In this document: positions 59,498 through 64,000 of the stretch, one piece after another
How the letters are laid out: the number at the start of each line of letters is the position of its first letter
Numbering within the stretch: position 1 is the stretch's first letter
NCBI GenBank assembly: GCA_963692915.1
Contig: OY843584.1
Location: 1,152,001 to 1,216,000, forward strand
Reading direction: 5' to 3'
Length of the DNA: 64,000 bases
DNA from: Cenarchaeum sp.
GTDB taxonomy: Archaea > Thermoproteota > Nitrososphaeria > Nitrososphaerales > Nitrosopumilaceae
Program-made: the position numbers and the translations under genes
The notes under the pieces: model-generated
What the model saw: the letters and a program-made list of their open reading frames with translations, nothing else
The model's database searches: none
What the model was told of the DNA's origin: nothing

Positions 59498-60660
59498 ACC
59501 GCGCGATCGCCCTAGTCAACGCGACTGGCATACTCATCGGCATAGCGTATGGCATGCACGGGCCAATACTGCCCGTCTTTGCAAGCACGACTATCGGCGC
59601 GTCATACGCCGAGTTGGGCCTCATCGGCCTTGCAAACTTTGTGCCATACATGTTTGTGCCACTCCTCGTCGGCCTCCTCCTCGACAGGTTCAACAGCGCG
59701 CGCCTCCTTCTCGTCGGCATCGTCATAAACGCAACGGCGCTGTACCTGCTCTCGATTGCCGAGTCCGTGCCCGAGATAATGGCATACCGCGCAATGACCG
59801 GAGTCGCACACGCGTTCTTTTGGCCGCCGAGTGAGGCCATACTCTCAAAGTTCTCCCCCGGCGGGAGCCGTGTTGCGAACATATCGAGGTTCACCGGCCT
59901 CTTTGTCGGCGGCTTTACCATCGGCCCGCTAATCGCCTCGTTCATGCTAGCCGGAGCCGAGGGTGACGGCGAGGCGTACAGGACCGTCTTTGCCGTCGCG
60001 GCGTATGTGCTAGCCGCTGCGATGATCACGTCGATTCCGCTCTCGCGCGCTGACACGCGCGAAAAGATCCAAAAGTGGTCATTCGTCGCGTTTCGCCGGA
60101 TTGCAAAGTTTCCAGAGGTCATCACGATGCTCCTCTACCTCACGGCGGCCTTTGGCATGATACTCACGATATACCCCGCGTTCCTCCACGAGCGCGGGAT
60201 CGGCGACATTGGGATCGGCATCCTCTTTTTCGTGTTTGGCGTCTCGCGCATAGTCTCGCTCTTTACGGCCGGCCGGCTCGCGCAGAGGAGGGGCCTCACC
60301 ATGAGCACGGTGACAGCATCGATCGCCGGTGCGCTCCTCCTGTCGTTCTTTGCTGATGGCATGGTCGCCTTTGCCGTCTCGATGGTACTCATGGGGTTTG
60401 GCTTTAGCATATTCTTCCCGCTCACGCTTGACATCGTCCTTGGCAAGGCGGGGCGCGGCGAGGAGGGCAGCATGATAGGCGTGTATGAGACGATATTTGG
60501 AATCGGCTGGGCCGCCGGACCCATCGCAGCAGGCCTCATATCGCAATACTGGGGCGGTGCGGCGCCCTATTTGGCGTTCTTTGCCGTCGGTGTCGCCGTG
60601 ACTGCAATGTCCGTCATTCGTCGGCGCCAGCTCGAGCCGTCTAGGCGCGCGAACCCTTAA
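59494..60660 (+). CDS. MFS transporter
   Basis: About 12 TM helices; GLLLDRFN motif-A-like loop. Confidence 0.9.
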   Translation: MNRAIALVNATGILIGIAYGMHGPILPVFASTTIGASYAELGLIGLANFVPYMFVPLLVGLLLDRFNSARLLLVGIVINATALYLLSIAESVPEIMAYRAMTGVAHAFFWPPSEAILSKFSPGGSRVANISRFTGLFVGGFTIGPLIASFMLAGAEGDGEAYRTVFAVAAYVLAAAMITSIPLSRADTREKIQKWSFVAFRRIAKFPEVITMLLYLTAAFGMILTIYPAFLHERGIGDIGIGILFFVFGVSRIVSLFTAGRLAQRRGLTMSTVTASIAGALLLSFFADGMVAFAVSMVLMGFGFSIFFPLTLDIVLGKAGRGEEGSMIGVYETIFGIGWAAGPIAAGLISQYWGGAAPYLAFFAVGVAVTAMSVIRRRQLEPSRRANP

Positions 60661-60688
60661 TTTGGGAGGGCGCCGGAGGCGTGGACGC

Positions 60689-61012
60689 ATGGAGGGCATT
60701 GTGCTCAACATTGGCGGGAGCGAGTGGGTTCTCATCGCGTTCGTCGCTCTCATCGTTCTCCTTGGAACGAACAGGCTGCCCGGCGTGGCGCGCCGGCTCG
60801 GAAAGCTAGCCGGCGAGTATGACAAGGCCAAAACGGAGATCCGCGGCCACGCCGAGGGCATGGGCGGCATGAGGCCGACGGGGCCGATGGGCACAGAGGC
60901 CGAAAAGCTTGACGCAATGGCCGCAACACTTGGCATAGAGCGCAACGGGCGGACTGATGAGGAGATGCGCAGGCTCATCTCCGAGGGCGTCGGCGGCAAG
61001 GCCGGCGCCTAG
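60689..61012 (+). CDS. tatA: Twin-arginine translocase TatA/E
   Basis: GGSEWVLIAFVALIVLLG-x3-LP-x2-ARRLGK pattern. Confidence 0.88.
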   Translation: MEGIVLNIGGSEWVLIAFVALIVLLGTNRLPGVARRLGKLAGEYDKAKTEIRGHAEGMGGMRPTGPMGTEAEKLDAMAATLGIERNGRTDEEMRRLISEGVGGKAGA

Positions 61013-61785
61013 GGCAGGTACTTGCCAGACTCTAGTCTGCCCTTTGCAAACTCGTAATACTCGGGGGCGACCTCAAAGCCGACATAGCGCCTCTTCATCA
61101 GGTTCGCGATGACTGCGACCTGTCCCGAGCCGAGGAACGGATCCATGACCACGTCACCTTCGATGCTAGAGTGCTCGAGCATCTTTTCGACTAGCTCGCG
61201 CGGGAGCTTTGTTGGCGTCTTTTGCCTGCCCGTCCAGTATTCGCGCTTTATCTCCCACACGTCCTCCTTGTCGCGATAGTGCGCGCTGTGCCCGTCATCG
61301 GTCCGGTCACGCGGCCCGAATCGCGCAAATGGGTAAAAGCGGCGCTTTGATGCGCTCTTGCAGACATAGAGGCAGTGATAGTGCGACGTGACGAACTTTT
61401 TTTTCGTAACTACGCCAAACTGGTACTTCCATATGATATGGTTTACCGTCACAAACCCCGTCTCATCGAGCGCAGTTAGCACGTCCTTTAGCCTGTTCCA
61501 CCCCGAAAAGACGTACATGCTTGCAGTGTCGGCCATGACGCGGTGCGCCAGCGCCATCCATGACCGCGTAAACCCCAGATAGTCAGCCGCACTGACCTCG
61601 CTGTACCCCCTCATCACGCGCGAGTCGGTCCTGTTATAGTTGGCCCGCGAGGGCGCAAAGTCTATCGCAAACGGCGGATCCGTGATCACAAGGTCAACGC
61701 ACGAGTCGGGCAGATCGGCCATTCCGCGGTTGCACTCAATGTTGCGTATATGGGACTTGATTGCAGCGTGCGGGCGGCGTGCCAT
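61009..61785 (-). CDS. Orphan beta-class N4-C/N6-A DNA methyltransferase
   Basis: TDPPF before DPFLGSG, PTKLP; host-like GC; no partner nuclease. Confidence 0.9.
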   Translation of the reverse strand: MARRPHAAIKSHIRNIECNRGMADLPDSCVDLVITDPPFAIDFAPSRANYNRTDSRVMRGYSEVSAADYLGFTRSWMALAHRVMADTASMYVFSGWNRLKDVLTALDETGFVTVNHIIWKYQFGVVTKKKFVTSHYHCLYVCKSASKRRFYPFARFGPRDRTDDGHSAHYRDKEDVWEIKREYWTGRQKTPTKLPRELVEKMLEHSSIEGDVVMDPFLGSGQVAVIANLMKRRYVGFEVAPEYYEFAKGRLESGKYLP

Positions 61786-61865
61786 GCGTGGCGTGCGGGC
61801 GGCGTGCGCTATATCAACTAGGCGCGGACATCGTGCCTTTCCGCCTTTTCTTTCCGGGATCGCGC

Positions 61866-62054
61866 CTACTTTAGTGCGCGAGCCTTCCTTTTGACCGCGG
61901 TGAGCTCCTCACGAAGATGCCTCTTTAGGAGACGTTCGTGTGCCTTTTTGTGGGCACGGAACGCCTTCATCAGGGTCCTGCTGGAGCCAGCCCGCTTGGC
62001 CGCCGCATTGTACCGTTTGTGTATCGCGGCGACCTGGCCAGTGTAGCTTGCCAT
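61866..62054 (-). CDS. Small basic (Lys/Arg/His-rich) helical protein
   Basis: 62-aa ORF with TTTTAT box about 25 nt upstream. Confidence 0.7.
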   Translation of the reverse strand: MASYTGQVAAIHKRYNAAAKRAGSSRTLMKAFRAHKKAHERLLKRHLREELTAVKRKARALK

Positions 62055-62212
62055 GGATCGCGTGTGAGACCATTTCGGATAAAAATGTAGAATTGAGCAA
62101 AATCGACCCTGGGCAAATTAAAGCTGACTAGATGTAGGTTTCGTGACCGTGCCGATGGCAGTATTGCGCGCCTCACGACACACCAATATGTCCACGCAAG
62201 TGGGACTGCTGC

Positions 62213-64000
62213 ATGGCCTATGACTGTCCGGCATGCGGAGACGAGCTCAGCATTCATCGTTCTGCCAACGGCGCGATAGTCACGTGCGATGCGTGCGGCC
62301 TGGAGGAGACCATCTCGCCGGCGGGCCGCGATGACGAGATATACCTAGATGTCTGCGTTCGCCATGACGAGGGCAAGACGGGCAAGCGAGAGGACGACTG
62401 GCGAGGTCGTGCCGAGGGTACCGGTGAGGCCAGGGATCACGCCGAGATTGACTCGATGATCGGCGATGCTGACCCGCCCGATGAGGTCAGGAAAGCGCTA
62501 CACTCACGGCGCGCGTACCTTGCGCAGTACAGGCTGATGACCCAGGAGGATCCCGCGGCCGGATCTGACGTTGGCGAATCTGGCATTGACGTGCGCATCG
62601 CCGAGCGCGTGCGAGAGCGTGGGATAGGGACGTTCCACCAGTACCAGTCTGAGGCCATAGACCGCATACTGCGCGGCCGGAGCGTCGTCATAGAGGCGCC
62701 GACGGCATTTGGCAAGACTGAGGCGTTCCTTGTCCCCATTGCACACCTTGCCGCCTCGATGAACCGTGGCGCGATTCGCGCGATATTCGTCTATCCCACA
62801 AAGGCCCTTGCGCGCGACCAGCTCCCAAAGGTCTCATCCATTGCAGTGGCAGCCGGAATGCGCGCGGCAATATTTGACGGTGACGCAAATGACGCCGAGC
62901 GCAAGGCGATCATTGCAGATCCACCCGAGATGCTAATTACTAACTTTGACCTCCTCCACCACCAGATGTTCCGTCACGGGGGTCTGGCGGATCTCCTGCG
63001 CACGGCAAGATTTCTCGTAGTCGATGAGGCTCATGAGTACACTGGCGTGTTCGGCTCCAACGTGCACCACATTATCGCGCGCCTAAAGAGGCTGACCGGT
63101 CCCCTCCAATGCGTTGCCGCATCGGCAACGCTGAGCAACTCGCAAGAGTTTTGCTCGAGCCTCTTTGGCCAAGAGATGGACGTCGTCGTTGGGAAGGGGC
63201 GTCGTGCCGCAGTCGACTTTGCGATCATGGGCTCCGTCAGGATTCCAAAGCGCCGACTCATGGTCAGCCTCGCAAAGAGGATGAAATCGGCACGGCGCAA
63301 GACGATGATATTTGGCAACTCGCACCGCAACACCGAGCTAGTCGGAGCCGAGGCCGCAAACAGGATAAAGATAGACATACATCGCGGAGGCATGGACGCC
63401 GGGCGACTACGTGACATCGAGGCGAGGTTTCGCACCGGCGAGCTTGACGCGATTTCGTGCACGTCAACGCTCGAGCTCGGCGTCGACATTGGCGATGTCG
63501 ACTGTGTCATATCCGAGGCGATCCCCTTTAGGAGGTTTATGCAGAGGATAGGCAGGGCGGGGCGCTCAGGCAGGCGCGGGTGCGCGTTCCTTGTCCTCGG
63601 GGCTGACCCAATATCGCAATACTATATGGCGCACCCCGAGGACTATGAGCAAGACGAGGAGACGCCTCACATTGATGCCTCAAACGTGTATGTCGAGGAG
63701 CACCAAACGGCGGCGATGGCCTCGGACATGGCGCTCACGAACGCCGAGGAGGAGGCGTTCGGCGGGGCGATAGGGCGCTGCATAAAGGACGGGCTGCTCG
63801 GGCGCACCAGAGGAGCGCTCCACCTGACTGCCAAGGGGATGCGCAAGCTCGGGCGCGAGTACAGCATTCGCGGGATCGGCGGCTCGGTCACGATACACAT
63901 GGGAGGAAGAAGGGTCGGCCACCGCGAGATGCCGATCGCGCTAACGGAGCTGCACACGGATGCGGTATACATGATGGGCGGCAGGTCACATGTGGTCAAG
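62213..64000 (+). CDS. DEAH-box SF2 helicase (MrfA/Hrq1-like) with N-terminal Zn ribbon; 3'-truncated by window, absent from ORF track
   Basis: Frame read from ATG 62213 with no stop seen: CPAC..CDAC, APTAFGKT, YPTKALARDQ, VDEAH, SATL, TSTLELGVDIGD, QRIGRAGR. Confidence 0.9.
   Translation, partial: MAYDCPACGDELSIHRSANGAIVTCDACGLEETISPAGRDDEIYLDVCVRHDEGKTGKREDDWRGRAEGTGEARDHAEIDSMIGDADPPDEVRKALHSRRAYLAQYRLMTQEDPAAGSDVGESGIDVRIAERVRERGIGTFHQYQSEAIDRILRGRSVVIEAPTAFGKTEAFLVPIAHLAASMNRGAIRAIFVYPTKALARDQLPKVSSIAVAAGMRAAIFDGDANDAERKAIIADPPEMLITNFDLLHHQMFRHGGLADLLRTARFLVVDEAHEYTGVFGSNVHHIIARLKRLTGPLQCVAASATLSNSQEFCSSLFGQEMDVVVGKGRRAAVDFAIMGSVRIPKRRLMVSLAKRMKSARRKTMIFGNSHRNTELVGAEAANRIKIDIHRGGMDAGRLRDIEARFRTGELDAISCTSTLELGVDIGDVDCVISEAIPFRRFMQRIGRAGRSGRRGCAFLVLGADPISQYYMAHPEDYEQDEETPHIDASNVYVEEHQTAAMASDMALTNAEEEAFGGAIGRCIKDGLLGRTRGALHLTAKGMRKLGREYSIRGIGGSVTIHMGGRRVGHREMPIALTELHTDAVYMMGGRSHVVK

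Overview
High-GC ammonia-oxidising archaeon chromosome segment (Nitrososphaerota / Nitrosopumilaceae, Cenarchaeum-like; lineage inferred from gene content and protein style). Most of it is core genes: A-type ATPase atpA-B-D with a detached atpK, aIF2-gamma, rps6e, rpl21e, rpo4, TFE-beta, rRNA/tRNA modification genes (rlmE, trm1, fibrillarin, nop5, ksgA), radA, pyrimidine biosynthesis (pyrD/K/E/B/I), gdhA, psmA, tatA and a DEAH helicase running off the 3' end. It also carries a complete urease locus (ureABC divergent from ureEFGD) with a DUR3 urea transporter and a coupled Zn-finger membrane protein, and two tRNAs (Ser-GCT and a CAT tRNA that is probably Ile2). Three AT-richer insertions are visible: a type II R-M pair, a Fic gene and a small-ORF/membrane-protein pair. 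The best non-obvious signal is a dual-guide box C/D sRNA at 42916-42984 whose guides point to 23S H69/H71 positions equivalent to yeast Am2256 and Am2281. Several small ORFs missed by the ORF track, unusual fusions and a probably truncated repetitive surface protein are also reported. All family assignments come from motif recognition only; no searches were run. Start codons were adjusted by eye where noted.
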